A stretch of DNA of 64,000 bases from an uncultured Actinomycetes bacterium (GCA_963816275.1 CAWFJU010000019.1:13601-77600); one strand, 5' to 3'; numbered from the stretch's first letter, positions 51,361 through 61,089 are shown. Program-made: numbers and translations. Notes: a model not told the origin generated them from the letters alone.

Positions 51361-51859
51361 CGGCGCCTCCGCCAGGCTCGGCCGCTCCGTCGGCGCTCCC
51401 CGACCGATAGGACGACCATGCCAGCAGGAGCGCGCCGATGACGATCGACGCGTCGGCCACGTTGAAGATCGGCCAGACATGCGGGTCGACGAAGTCGATC
51501 ACCTGGCCCGAGAGCCCCGGGCCTCTGAGCGCCCGGTCGGTGAGGTTGCCCAGCGCGCCCCCCAGGATCAGCCCGAGCGCCGCCGCGACGACCGGGTCCC
51601 GATGGCGGAACGCCGTCGCCACGATCACGAGCGACACGGTGATCGTCGCGCCGGCGAACAGCCACGGCGCGCTCTGGCCCAGGCTGAAGGCACCGCCGGA
51701 GTTCGTCGTCAGCCGGAGGGTGAGCGCGCCGCGGATCACCTCGATCGGCGCATCGGCGAGGGTGCGCTCCGCCCAGAGCTTGGTCGCGCGGTCGAGCAGG
51801 TAGGCGATCGCGGCGGTGCCGAAGAGGATGGCCGCGCCACGACGGCGGACGCGATCCAC
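51350..51859 (-). CDS. lspA: Lipoprotein signal peptidase II
   Basis: ORF 51350..51982, with the start taken at GTG V42, just after the upstream gene's stop. Motifs are NSGGAFS, LGGALGNLTDR and FNVADA. Confidence 0.85.
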   Translation of the reverse strand: MDRVRRRGAAILFGTAAIAYLLDRATKLWAERTLADAPIEVIRGALTLRLTTNSGGAFSLGQSAPWLFAGATITVSLVIVATAFRHRDPVVAAALGLILGGALGNLTDRALRGPGLSGQVIDFVDPHVWPIFNVADASIVIGALLLAWSSYRSGSADGAAEPGGGADVE

Positions 51860-51863
51860 CGCG

Positions 51864-52247
51864 CTACCGGCGCGACTGCGCCTGAGCGTCCTTGATGCAG
51901 AGATCGACGTACGGGAGCGCCTTGATGCGCTGCTTCTCGATCGGCTTGCCGCAGCGATCGCAGGTGCCGTAGGTCCCGGCATCGATCCGCTTCAGGGCCC
52001 GCGAGATCTTCTGCAGCAGGTCGCGGACGTTGTTCTCGATCGAGAGATCCTTCTCCCGCTCGAACGTCGCGGTGCCGGCGTCGGCCGACTCGTCGTCGAG
52101 GCCCACGTCGCCCACCATCTCGGACTGCGTGGTCGCGAAAGTGTCTTCCTCGATCGTCGTGAGCTGCGTCTGCAGCTCGACCTCCTCGGCCTGCAGCCGG
52201 GTGCGGAGGTCGTCGAGTTCCTTCTTCGTCAACTTGGTCTCGGGCAT
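51864..52247 (-). CDS. TraR/DksA-family zinc-finger regulator
   Basis: Intact 127 aa with a coiled-coil N-terminus and C-terminal GTCDRCGKPIEKQRIKALPYVDLCIKD. Confidence 0.8.
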   Translation of the reverse strand: MPETKLTKKELDDLRTRLQAEEVELQTQLTTIEEDTFATTQSEMVGDVGLDDESADAGTATFEREKDLSIENNVRDLLQKISRALKRIDAGTYGTCDRCGKPIEKQRIKALPYVDLCIKDAQAQSRR

Positions 52248-52296
52248 GGTCGGCGAAGGGTAGCAGATGGGCGCATCAGGGGGCTGTCGTCGCAGG

Positions 52297-52560
52297 TCAG
52301 AGGGCCTGGAGCCGTCGTTCGGGCTCGCCCGGCGCGAGGCCCTCGATCGCGAACTTCTTGACCCTCGAACGGGCTCCCGAACGGAGCCTGACGGCGGTCC
52401 TGGGCACCCCCAGCGCGGCCGCGAGCGCGGCCGCCGCCTCCGCGGTGGCCTTCCCTCCCTCGGGGGCCGCTCGCACCCGCACGACCACGCCCGACGGGCC
52501 GGTCGTCACCTCGGTCCGGCCCGCCCTCGGGGTCACGCGCACGGTGATGCTCGCCTCCAT
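52297..52560 (-). CDS. DUF167 (YggU-like) family protein
   Basis: From M45 of ORF 52297..52692, reading MEASITVRVTPRAGRTEVT...VRVRAAPEGGKATAEAAAALAAALGVPRTAVRLRSGARSRVKKFAIEG. The start is uncertain (alternative at M41, 52572). Confidence 0.7.
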   Translation of the reverse strand: MEASITVRVTPRAGRTEVTTGPSGVVVRVRAAPEGGKATAEAAAALAAALGVPRTAVRLRSGARSRVKKFAIEGLAPGEPERRLQAL

Positions 52561-52589
52561 CGGGTGTAGCATCGCCCGAACAGGCGACG

Positions 52590-52892
52590 ACGGGAACACG
52601 ATCGCGGGGACCGTGGAGCCAGAGCGAGCCGGGGATGGTGTGAGCCCGGCGCCGAGCTCCCCGCGACCATCCTCCCCGAGCCGCTGCCCCAACCGGACGC
52701 GGACCGCCCGCGCCCGCAGTAGGCGCAGCCGGGCCCCGCCCGTGACCGCGGGAGGTCGTGATGGCGGCCGATGAGCGGCCGAGGGTCTTCAGGACCCCGG
52801 CAAGCTGGGTGGTACCGCGGGGCCCACGCCTCGTCCCGGCACCGATGGGACGGGGCGTTCTGCATGTGCGGACGGGCGAGGGAGGTACCGAG
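52590..52892 (+). promoter_or_regulatory. T-box leader (tRNA-sensing riboswitch) of ileS
   Basis: Conserved T-box sequence GGGTGGTACCGCG at 52807-52819. A Stem I-like helix is formed by GCGGGGA (52604-52610) and TCCCCGC (52658-52664), with an AGAGCGA bulge and a GGTGTGA-containing apical loop. The 3' internal loop reads GACCATCC and contains the Ile codon ATC. SD GGGAGG lies just before the ileS ATG. Confidence 0.75.
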
Positions 52893-55800
52893 ATGACGCG
52901 GTTCGAAGCGGTGGATCCGAGGGTGAGCTTCCCCGATCTCGAGCTCGGCATCATGGCGTTCTGGAAGGATGCCGACGTCTTCCGGCGCTCGCTCGATCAG
53001 CGCCGAGACGCACCGCTCTGGATGTTCTACGAAGGCCCTCCGACCGCGAACGGCAAGCCCGGCGTGCATCACGTCGAGCCCCGCACGTTCAAGGACGTCT
53101 ACCCGCGCTTCAAGACGATGACCGGATACCTCGTCCCGCGGAAGGGCGGCTGGGACTGCCACGGCCTGCCGGTGGAGCTCGAGGTCGAGAAGGAGATCGG
53201 CACCACCGGCAAGCGCGACATCGAGGCGTTCGGGATCGCCGCGTTCAACGATCGGTGCCGCGAGTCGGTGAAGCGCTACGTCGGGGAGTTCGAGCGCCTG
53301 ACCGAGCGGATCGGCTACTGGGTCGACCTCGACGACGCCTACTGGACGATGAACACCGAGTACATCGAGTCCGTGTGGTGGTCGCTGAAGTCCCTGTTCG
53401 ATCGCGGCCTCCTGCAGGAGGCGGACAAGGTGACCGCCTACTGCCCCCGGTGCGGCACCGCCCTGTCGGACGCCGAGGTCGCCCTGGGGTACCGGACGGT
53501 CGAGGACCCCAGCGTCTTCATCCGGCTCCCCGTCGTCGAGGCCGACGATCCGTCGCTCGTCGGCGCCTCGCTGCTCGTGTGGACCACGACGCCGTGGACC
53601 CTGCCCTCCAACGCCGGTGCCGCGGTGGACGCCCGGGCCACCTACGCGGTGGCCGAGGGGAACGGCGAGCGGCTGATCCTGGCAGAGCCGCTCGCCGAAC
53701 GGGTGCTCGGCGAGGGATGGCGGGTGACCGGCACGCTGGCCGGCGACACGCTGGTCGGGGTCCGCTACGAGCCTCCCTACCCGAACATCGAGGGAGCCCA
53801 CCGGGTGGTGGCGGCCGACTTCGTCTCGATGGACGACGGCACGGGCATCGTGCACATGGCGCCCGCCTTCGGCCCCGAGGACCTCGCGGTCGGGCTCGCC
53901 CAGGGATGGTCGGTGCACAAGCCGGTCGGCGACGACGGCCGGTTCACCGACCTCGCACCCGCGTTCGTGCGTGGACTCTTCGTGAAGGACGCCGACCCGA
54001 AGATCGTCGAGGATCTCCGCGAGCGCGGGGTCCTGCTGCGATCAGCGACCTACGAGCACAGCTACCCGTTCTGCTGGCGGTGTTCCACGCCCCTCCTCTA
54101 CTACGCACGGACGTCCTGGTACGTCCGCACGACGCAGGTCAAGGACCGGCTGCTCGCCGTGAACGATCAGGTCGGCTGGTATCCCGAGCACATCAGGGAG
54201 GGCCGATACGGCAACTGGCTCGAGAACAACGTGGACTGGGCCCTCTCCCGCGAACGCTATTGGGGCACCCCGCTCCCGATCTGGCGCTGCCAGCAGGGCC
54301 ACCTCACCGCGGTGGGGTCGCTCTCCGAACTCGGGGACCACGCGGGGCGCGACGTCAGCGACGTCGACCCGCACCGTCCCGCGATCGACGAGGTCACGTT
54401 CGCGTGCCCCGAGTGCGGCGACGAGAGCCGGCGGGTCCCCGAGGTGATCGACACCTGGTACGACTCGGGCGCGATGCCCTTCGCGCAGTGGGGCTACCAC
54501 CCCGACCTGGGTCGCGGCATCGAGGCATTCGAGCAGCATTTCCCGGCCGACTTCATCTCGGAGGCGATCGACCAGACGCGCGGGTGGTTCTACACGCTGA
54601 TGGCCGAGGGCGTGCTCCACTTCGACTCGACCGCCTACCGCAACGTCGTCTGCCTGGGTCACATCGTGGCGGCCGATGGCCGCAAGATGTCGAAGTCCCT
54701 CGGGAACATGTTCGACCCGTGGGAGGCGTTGGACCGCCAGGGGGCCGACGCGCTGCGGTGGTTCATGATCACGAACGGCTCGCCGTGGGCCTCCCGCCGG
54801 ATCGGCCATGACGTGCTGGACGAGGTCCTCCGTCAGTTCCTGCTGACGCTCTGGAACGTGTACGTGTTCTTCGTCACGTACGCGAACGCCGAGGGCTTCG
54901 ACCCGGCCGCGGAGGCGCCGGCACCTGCCGACCGGCCGCTGCTGGACCGCTGGGTCCTCTCGCAGCTCCACGAGACGGTGGCGACGGCCCGCGACGGGCT
55001 CGAGGCCTACGACGCGACCGGCGCCGGGCGGGCGATCCAGTCCTTCGTCGACGACCTGTCGAACTGGTACGTGCGGCGGTCGCGGCGCCGCTTCTGGAAC
55101 CCCGCGGGCGAGCGGGACGCCGACACGCGGGCCGCGTTCCACACGCTCTACGAGTGCCTCGTGACCGTGGCGACCCTGCTCGCGCCCTTCACGCCGTTCG
55201 TGGCCGACGTGCTCTGGCGGAACCTCGCGGCGGGAACGGACGGCGCGCCCGACTCCGTGCACCTCGCCGAGTACCCCGAGCTCGATCCCACGCTCCGGGA
55301 CCCTTCCCTCGATGAGGCGATGGCGGCCGCGCGCTCGATCGTGGGACTCGGTCGAACGATCCGCGTCGAGACCAAGACGAGGGTCCGTCAGCCGCTGTCA
55401 GAAGCGGTCGTGCACTACGCGGGCGATCACGCCGCGCTCGTGACGCTCCTCGACGTCGTGGCCGACGAGCTCAACGTCAAGCGGGTGATCTTCGCCGAGT
55501 CGACCGAGGGGTTCGGGCGATGGCACGCGAAGCCGAACTTCAAGGTTCTCGGGCCGAGGCTCGGTCCGCGCGTCAAGGACCTCGCGGGCGTCCTCGGCGC
55601 CGACGACGGGTCGATCGCGGGGGCGCTCGCCCGAGGCGAGTCGACCTCGGTCACGCTCGGCGACGACCAGATCGGGCTGACGGCCGACGACGTCGATCTC
55701 TCGCAGGAGGTCAGGGAGGGCTGGGGCGTCGCGAGCGAGGGCGGCGTGACCGTCGCGCTCGACCTCGAGCTCACGGACGCCCTCCGCCGGGAGGGGCTCG

Positions 55801-56063
55801 CACGCGAGCTCGTTCGGATCGTCCAGGACGCACGCAAGGCGGCCGGCCTCGACGTGAGCGACCGCATCCAGCTGGGGATCGAGGCGGGTCACACGATCGG
55901 CGAGGCGCTGGCCGCGCACCGTGAGTACGTCGTGGGTGAGACCCTCGCCGTGGACCTGATCTCGGGCGAGGTCGATGGGTTCCGGCAGGAGGCCGCGATC
56001 GAGGGCGAGCCGGTGGCGGTCAGCCTCCGGAGGGCGGCCTACGCGTCGCCCTCACCCGCCTGA
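52893..56063 (+). CDS. ileS: Isoleucine--tRNA ligase
   Basis: 1056 aa from M46 of ORF 52758..56063 (MTRFEAVDPRVSFPDLE). It has the class I HIGH-type region (PTANGKPGVHHV) and KMSKS (DGRKMSKSLGN). The upstream part of the ORF is the T-box leader. Confidence 0.95.
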   Translation: MTRFEAVDPRVSFPDLELGIMAFWKDADVFRRSLDQRRDAPLWMFYEGPPTANGKPGVHHVEPRTFKDVYPRFKTMTGYLVPRKGGWDCHGLPVELEVEKEIGTTGKRDIEAFGIAAFNDRCRESVKRYVGEFERLTERIGYWVDLDDAYWTMNTEYIESVWWSLKSLFDRGLLQEADKVTAYCPRCGTALSDAEVALGYRTVEDPSVFIRLPVVEADDPSLVGASLLVWTTTPWTLPSNAGAAVDARATYAVAEGNGERLILAEPLAERVLGEGWRVTGTLAGDTLVGVRYEPPYPNIEGAHRVVAADFVSMDDGTGIVHMAPAFGPEDLAVGLAQGWSVHKPVGDDGRFTDLAPAFVRGLFVKDADPKIVEDLRERGVLLRSATYEHSYPFCWRCSTPLLYYARTSWYVRTTQVKDRLLAVNDQVGWYPEHIREGRYGNWLENNVDWALSRERYWGTPLPIWRCQQGHLTAVGSLSELGDHAGRDVSDVDPHRPAIDEVTFACPECGDESRRVPEVIDTWYDSGAMPFAQWGYHPDLGRGIEAFEQHFPADFISEAIDQTRGWFYTLMAEGVLHFDSTAYRNVVCLGHIVAADGRKMSKSLGNMFDPWEALDRQGADALRWFMITNGSPWASRRIGHDVLDEVLRQFLLTLWNVYVFFVTYANAEGFDPAAEAPAPADRPLLDRWVLSQLHETVATARDGLEAYDATGAGRAIQSFVDDLSNWYVRRSRRRFWNPAGERDADTRAAFHTLYECLVTVATLLAPFTPFVADVLWRNLAAGTDGAPDSVHLAEYPELDPTLRDPSLDEAMAAARSIVGLGRTIRVETKTRVRQPLSEAVVHYAGDHAALVTLLDVVADELNVKRVIFAESTEGFGRWHAKPNFKVLGPRLGPRVKDLAGVLGADDGSIAGALARGESTSVTLGDDQIGLTADDVDLSQEVREGWGVASEGGVTVALDLELTDALRREGLARELVRIVQDARKAAGLDVSDRIQLGIEAGHTIGEALAAHREYVVGETLAVDLISGEVDGFRQEAAIEGEPVAVSLRRAAYASPSPA

Positions 56064-56240
56064 GGGACCCGACGCCCGCGAGCACCCCCGCCCCGAACAG
56101 GGCGACGATCGACGCGAAGACGAGCGAGGCGTTCGCGGGCCCAACCAGGCCCAGCGCGAGGGCGAACCCGCCCACGACCAGGAGCGCGTAGGCGGCCGCG
56201 TAGCAGAGCGCGACGTCGCGCCCGTATCGGCGATCGGCGA

Positions 56241-56990
56241 TCAGTCCTCGCCCCAGAACAACTCGCGGAGCGAGCTGTCACCTTCGGCGGCCTCGGTCGT
56301 CTCCGCACGACCGACCGAGGCGGACGCAGGTTGCTGCAGGACGACCGGCTCGGCGGACGCCTGGGCGGCGGGCTCCGAAGGATCGTGCGTCGGGGTCTTC
56401 GGGAGCTCGGGCGCCGTGTCAGCCTTCACGGGCTCGGAAGGTTCGGCCTTGGCGGGCTCGGGCGCCGCAACCTTCTCGGCCCGCGCCGGGTCGACGGTCG
56501 CCGAGGTCTCGGTCGGCGCCTGCCGTGCGGTCTTAGCCATCGCCTTCACCGACTCCGCGTGACCCTGGACCAGGCCGGCGAGGCCCTGGAGGAACTCCCG
56601 CTCCTGCGCGAGGAACGCGGCGACCGCGGGACGGTCAGCAGCCGTGGCGACACCGGCGCCCGCAGCGGCCGCCGCCTGAGCCCTGGCGTCGGCGACGATC
56701 CGCTGGGCCTCGTCGCGGGCTCGCTGGATGATCTCGTCGGCCTGGCGGTTCGTGTCGTCGAGATCGGCCGTGCCGATCGCCGGACCCGCCGGGGAGCCGG
56801 CGCGCAGCCGCTCGTTCTCGGCCAGGACCGCGGACATCGCGTCCGTGAGCTGGTCGAGGAACTCGTCGACCTCACGCATCCTGTAACCCCGCGTGCCGAC
56901 GCGGAACTCCTTCTGCTGGATATCGAGCGGCGTCAGCATCTGCGACGCGGCCGACGGCATCGGCGCCGACATCCGTGCGGCGTCGTCCAT
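56241..56990 (-). CDS. divIVA: DivIVA-domain cell-division / polar-growth protein
   Basis: ORF 56241..57011. The start is chosen at M8 because AAGGAG lies 6 nt upstream. The canonical DivIVA N-terminus MLTPLDIQQKEFRVGTRGYRMREVDEFLD begins at M25 (56939), which is an alternative start. Confidence 0.85.
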   Translation of the reverse strand: MDDAARMSAPMPSAASQMLTPLDIQQKEFRVGTRGYRMREVDEFLDQLTDAMSAVLAENERLRAGSPAGPAIGTADLDDTNRQADEIIQRARDEAQRIVADARAQAAAAAGAGVATAADRPAVAAFLAQEREFLQGLAGLVQGHAESVKAMAKTARQAPTETSATVDPARAEKVAAPEPAKAEPSEPVKADTAPELPKTPTHDPSEPAAQASAEPVVLQQPASASVGRAETTEAAEGDSSLRELFWGED

Positions 56991-57024
56991 CTGGTTCTCC
57001 TTCTTCCTCACGATTCCCTCCCGA

Positions 57025-57303
57025 TCAACAGACCACGCTGCGCAAGACGAAGATGATGATGAACGCCACCAGCACCGACAGGTCCACCATCCCGGCTGGA
57101 GGCACGATACGCCGAAGCAGCCGGAGCGGCGGCTCGGTCACGTCGATCAGCAGTTCGAACCCGGACCGCACAGGCCCCGTCGCCGGCGGTCGCACCCCCG
57201 CGAGCTCGAGCCAGCTGAGGACCACACGCACCAGGAGCAGGAGCGAGTAGGCGGTCAGCGCGATGCAGATCAGGTTCGAGACCGGATTCGAGTCGGCGAT
57301 CAT
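57025..57303 (-). CDS. yggT: YggT-family membrane protein
   Basis: Intact 92 aa with two hydrophobic helices and the central YggT pattern (LLVRVVLSW...LLIDVTEPPLRLLRRIVPP). Confidence 0.8.
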   Translation of the reverse strand: MIADSNPVSNLICIALTAYSLLLLVRVVLSWLELAGVRPPATGPVRSGFELLIDVTEPPLRLLRRIVPPAGMVDLSVLVAFIIIFVLRSVVC

Positions 57304-57372
57304 CGCCGGAGAGGCTAACAGCCGTGGCCGAGCCTCCGATCGCGGGGCCGGTGTCCGCGGGTCGTCGCCCCG

Positions 57373-57846
57373 TCAGAACTGGTTGTAGAAGGCGCCGCCC
57401 GCGATCTTCTCCCGGTCTTCCGCCGAGACCTCGACGTCGGCCGGGGTGAGCAGGTACACGCGATTGGCCACGAGCTCGATCTTGCCGTCGAGCCCGTAGA
57501 CGAGCCCGCTCGCGAAGTCGACGAGCCGCCGTGCGATCGAGTCCTCGGTGGACTGCAGGTTCATGATGACCGCGGTTCCTTCCTTGAACCGGTCGGCCAC
57601 TTCGCGAGCCTCGTTGAACCGCTTCGGCTCGGACTTGTAGATCGCCCCGGTGGCGGCGGCGGCCGTGCGTGGGGACGCCATCGTGCGCACGACGCCCTCG
57701 GCGTCGGCCGGGACCTCACGGACGGCCTGCGGGCGCATGCGTCGCACCGGAGCCGGCTCGGCCTCGGGCATCTCCTCCACGAACTCCTCGTCGTCTTCGA
57801 CGAGTCCGAGGTAGTTCAGGGTCTTCTTCCACACGCCGGCCATCAC
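57373..57846 (-). CDS. sepF: Cell division protein SepF
   Basis: Intact 157 aa. The N-terminus reads MAGVWKKTLNYLGLVEDD and the C-terminal domain reads PKRFNEAREVADRFKEGTAVIMNL...RRLVDFASGLVYGLDG. Confidence 0.9.
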   Translation of the reverse strand: MMAGVWKKTLNYLGLVEDDEEFVEEMPEAEPAPVRRMRPQAVREVPADAEGVVRTMASPRTAAAATGAIYKSEPKRFNEAREVADRFKEGTAVIMNLQSTEDSIARRLVDFASGLVYGLDGKIELVANRVYLLTPADVEVSAEDREKIAGGAFYNQF

Positions 57847-57858
57847 TTCCTCCCTGCG

Positions 57859-58545
57859 TCACGCTGTTCTCGGCCCGAACAACGCGGTCCCGATCCGGAC
57901 CATCGTAGCGCCTTCCTCCACGGCGACCGCGTAATCCAACGACATCCCCATCGACAAGTCCACTACCTGCGGATGCGTTCGGGCCAGGCGCTCGCGGAGC
58001 TCACGCAACCTGGCGAACCAAGGGCGGGCGTCCTCGGGACGCTCCGGGATCGGCGGCAAGGTCATCAGACCGCACAGCCGGAGACCGTCCAGGCTCGCGA
58101 CGAGGTCGGCGAACGCGGGGAGCGCCTCCGGGCTGACCCCGCTCCGCTCGCCGGTGAGATCGACCTCGATCAAGACGTCGACCACTCGCCCGGCCTCGGA
58201 CGCCCGGCGAGCGAGGCGCGTCGTCGCCCGCTCTCCCGCCGCCGTCTCGACGACGTCCGCGAGCGCCGCCACGTGGTGGGCCGAGCTGGCCTGGAGGGTT
58301 CCGATGAAGTGCCACCGGACGCCTGGCACCCGGCCGTGCATCGCCCGCAGCTCCTGCACGTAGTTATGGCCGATCGCGGTGACCCCGGCCCGCGCGACCC
58401 AGCCGACGACCTCAGGGGAGACGGTCTTCGCCGCCCCGATCAGCGTCACCTCCTCGGGGGTGCGGCCCGCGCGCGAGCAGGCGCCCGCGATCGCTCCCCG
58501 GATCGTCGCGAGATTGGCGAGCACCTCGTCGCGTGTGCCGTGCAT
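57859..58545 (-). CDS. yggS: YggS-family pyridoxal-phosphate homeostasis protein
   Basis: 228 aa by residue count, inside ORF 57859..59145. Sequence reads LIGAAKTVSPEVV (PLP lysine), GHNYVQE, WHFIGTLQ, LSMGMSLDY...VRIGTALFG. Confidence 0.85.
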   Translation of the reverse strand: MHGTRDEVLANLATIRGAIAGACSRAGRTPEEVTLIGAAKTVSPEVVGWVARAGVTAIGHNYVQELRAMHGRVPGVRWHFIGTLQASSAHHVAALADVVETAAGERATTRLARRASEAGRVVDVLIEVDLTGERSGVSPEALPAFADLVASLDGLRLCGLMTLPPIPERPEDARPWFARLRELRERLARTHPQVVDLSMGMSLDYAVAVEEGATMVRIGTALFGPRTA

Positions 58546-58684
58546 GCCGGCAGCGTATCGAGCCCAGGATGTGCGAAGGGGCGAGGAGCTCGGCCAAGAG
58601 GCGGGGGAAGGGCGCCTCCTCGCTCGATCTCCCCGCCCCCGGGTCGCAGGTGCGCGGGGCCGCGCGGGAGCAGCGATGCGATCG

Positions 58685-59842
58685 CTAGCTCTTGAGGAAG
58701 TCCGGGATGTCGAGGTCCTCCTCGGCGTCGAAGGAGACCGTCTTGGGCTCCTCGCCGCTGGTGAAGATGTCGTCGTCGCTCTCGTCGGCCAGGATCGACG
58801 GGAGTGGCTCGCGCTCGCCTTCGCCACGGACCGGCTCCTCGAGGAGTCGGGACAGGCGGGACTCGAACTGGTTCGAGCTCTGCCCGGCCGAGGGCGTGAC
58901 CTTGTCGAAGCCGGCGGCCACGACCGTGACCCGGACCTCCTCCCCGAGGGCGTCGTCGACCACCGCGCCGAAGATGATGTTCGCGTCGGGGTGGGCGACC
59001 CGAGTGATCGCATCGGCAGCCTGGTTGACCTCGTGGAGCGTGAGGTCGGTGGGGCCGGCGATCGAGAGGAGCACGCCCTTCGCGCCGTCGATCGACGACT
59101 CGAGGAGCGGGGAGCTGATCGCGGCCTTCGCGGCCTCCGCCGCACGGTCGGCGCCCGAACCGAGCCCGATCCCCATCAGGGCCGAGCCGGCGCCCGACAT
59201 CACCGTCTTCACGTCGGCGAAGTCCAGGTTGATCAGCCCCGGTGTGGTGATGAGGGAGGTGATGCCGTCGACCCCTTGGAACAGGACCTGATCGGCCATC
59301 CGGAAGGCTTCCACCATCGGCATGCTCGGGTCGGCCACCTGGAGCAGGCGGTCGTTCGGTACCACGATCAGCGTGTCGACGGCCTTCTTCAGCTCGGTGA
59401 TGCCGAGGTCGGCCTGCGTCGCCCGCTTGCGGCCCTCGAACCCGAAGGGCCGGGTCACGACCCCGATCGTGAGGGCGCCGAGGTTCCGGGCGATCTCGGC
59501 GACGACGGGCGCGCCGCCCGTGCCGGTGCCACCGCCCTCACCCGCCGTGATGAACACCATATCGGCGCCCTTGAGGATCTCTTCGATCTCGTCGGCGTGC
59601 TCGCTCGAGGCCGCCCGTCCGACCTCGGGGTCCGACCCGGCGCCCAGGCCGCGCGTGGTCTCGCGGCCGATGTCCATCTTCACCTCGGCATCCGACATCA
59701 GCAGGGTCTGCGCATCGGTGTTGACGGCGATGAACTCGACGCCCCGGAGGCCTGCCTCGATCATCCGGTTCACCGCGTTGACGCCGCCGCCGCCGATCCC
59801 GACCACCTTGATCACGGCGAGGTAGTTCTGGGGAGCATCCAT
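58685..59842 (-). CDS. ftsZ: Cell division protein FtsZ
   Basis: From M29 of ORF 58685..59926, with SD GGAGGT 10 nt upstream. Sequence reads [27 protein letters not shown]...[13 protein letters not shown]...NLDFADV, with the C-terminal DIPDFLK peptide. Confidence 0.95.
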   Translation of the reverse strand: MDAPQNYLAVIKVVGIGGGGVNAVNRMIEAGLRGVEFIAVNTDAQTLLMSDAEVKMDIGRETTRGLGAGSDPEVGRAASSEHADEIEEILKGADMVFITAGEGGGTGTGGAPVVAEIARNLGALTIGVVTRPFGFEGRKRATQADLGITELKKAVDTLIVVPNDRLLQVADPSMPMVEAFRMADQVLFQGVDGITSLITTPGLINLDFADVKTVMSGAGSALMGIGLGSGADRAAEAAKAAISSPLLESSIDGAKGVLLSIAGPTDLTLHEVNQAADAITRVAHPDANIIFGAVVDDALGEEVRVTVVAAGFDKVTPSAGQSSNQFESRLSRLLEEPVRGEGEREPLPSILADESDDDIFTSGEEPKTVSFDAEEDLDIPDFLKS

Positions 59843-60036
59843 TCTCTCGTTGACCTCCGACCATCGGGCCCCGGCCCGATCCACCTGGGGAAACGGCGTT
59901 CCTTGGTACTCAACCATAACCGTCAAGTAGAATGTTATTGTTATATCTACCTAACGTAGAGATAGGCAACGTACTAGGAAAGGGCAGGTGCGTCAAGCCA
60001 TCACGGGGGAACAACCATCTCCCGAAATGGGAGTTC

Positions 60037-61089
60037 CTACCAGGGGCCTCCGCGGACGACCGTCGTGCCCCCGGCGAGCCGCGCCGATGGCGCCCCAGGC
60101 GTTCGAACGTCGACCGAGCCGAGGGCGACGCCGGCGCGCTCGGCCCATCGCAGCACGGCCCGGAGCGACTGCCCCTTCTGGACCAACGCTTCGGCGTCAC
60201 CGTATGACACGGCCACACCTCCCGTGAGGATGACGATGACCGTCCCATCCGCGCCGGCCTGGACCGCCTCGACGCGCCCGGCGATCTCAGGCGGGAACGA
60301 GGCCGCGACCTGGGCGCCCAGGGTCCGCTGTCCCTCGCTCGGCACGGTCGCGCCGTCCGCCGCCTCGACGAGCGGGAGTGCCGCGGTATCGGGCGCCGGC
60401 GCGAGGATCGTCCCGTCCTCGGCGACGATCGACCGATCGCCCGATGGGTCCGTGACCGTCACGGCGGCCGGGACCCGCTCCACGATCGTGATCGTGACGC
60501 TCGAAGGCAGTCTCCTCGCGACCGTCGCGTCCCCGACCCAGGCGTTGCGCTCCAGACGGCGCTCGGCCTGCCGGGTGTCGAGCCTGAACACGTTCACCCC
60601 GGGCTGGATCTTGGCGATCCTCCGTACCTGTGTCGCGCTGAGGTGCCCGGCGCCCTCGACTCGCACGGTATCCGCGGCGAACAGGGGCGAATAGGTGGAG
60701 CCGAACGTCGCCAGCGCGAGGCCGGCGAGGGCCCCGGCCACGATCACCCATGTCTTGAGTCGCCCGTGGGTGCGGTGGTGAACGTGGGCGCCGGGGATCG
60801 AGGACGGCACCTCGTCCTCGGCGGGGGCGAGGGGAGCCGCAACGTCGGCAGCGAGCACACCGTCGACCTCGACCTCGGCGTGCGCGGCGCCGTCGCTCGA
60901 GTTGGGGTCGGTATCGTCCTGTGGTTCAGGTCCCGCGTCCGCCTCCCGGATCACGGTCAGCTCGCGCTCGACCGTCCGCATCAGGGTCTCAGGCTCGACC
61001 TCACGCTCTACCCCAGGGCTCGGTTCCGTCGGATCGACCACGTCGGTTCTTCCGACTCCTTGATCCGTCATCGTTCGCTCATCTCCCAT
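60037..61089 (-). CDS. ftsQ: Cell division protein FtsQ (POTRA domain) with an acidic N-terminal extension
   Basis: ORF 60037..61137, starting at M17 (61089) or M23 (61071); both have SD-like sequences. It has a transmembrane segment (WVIVAGALAGLALATFG) followed by VRVEGAGHLSATQVRRIAKIQPGVNVFRLD (POTRA). Confidence 0.8.
   Translation of the reverse strand: MGDERTMTDQGVGRTDVVDPTEPSPGVEREVEPETLMRTVERELTVIREADAGPEPQDDTDPNSSDGAAHAEVEVDGVLAADVAAPLAPAEDEVPSSIPGAHVHHRTHGRLKTWVIVAGALAGLALATFGSTYSPLFAADTVRVEGAGHLSATQVRRIAKIQPGVNVFRLDTRQAERRLERNAWVGDATVARRLPSSVTITIVERVPAAVTVTDPSGDRSIVAEDGTILAPAPDTAALPLVEAADGATVPSEGQRTLGAQVAASFPPEIAGRVEAVQAGADGTVIVILTGGVAVSYGDAEALVQKGQSLRAVLRWAERAGVALGSVDVRTPGAPSARLAGGTTVVRGGPW

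Noticed and set aside
52758-52892. A longer ileS starting at 52758 (the ORF-track start).
   Set aside because: The first 45 codons translate the T-box leader, including the GGGTGGTACCGCG motif. A good SD (GGGAGG) precedes the ATG at 52893, which yields the canonical IleRS N-terminus.
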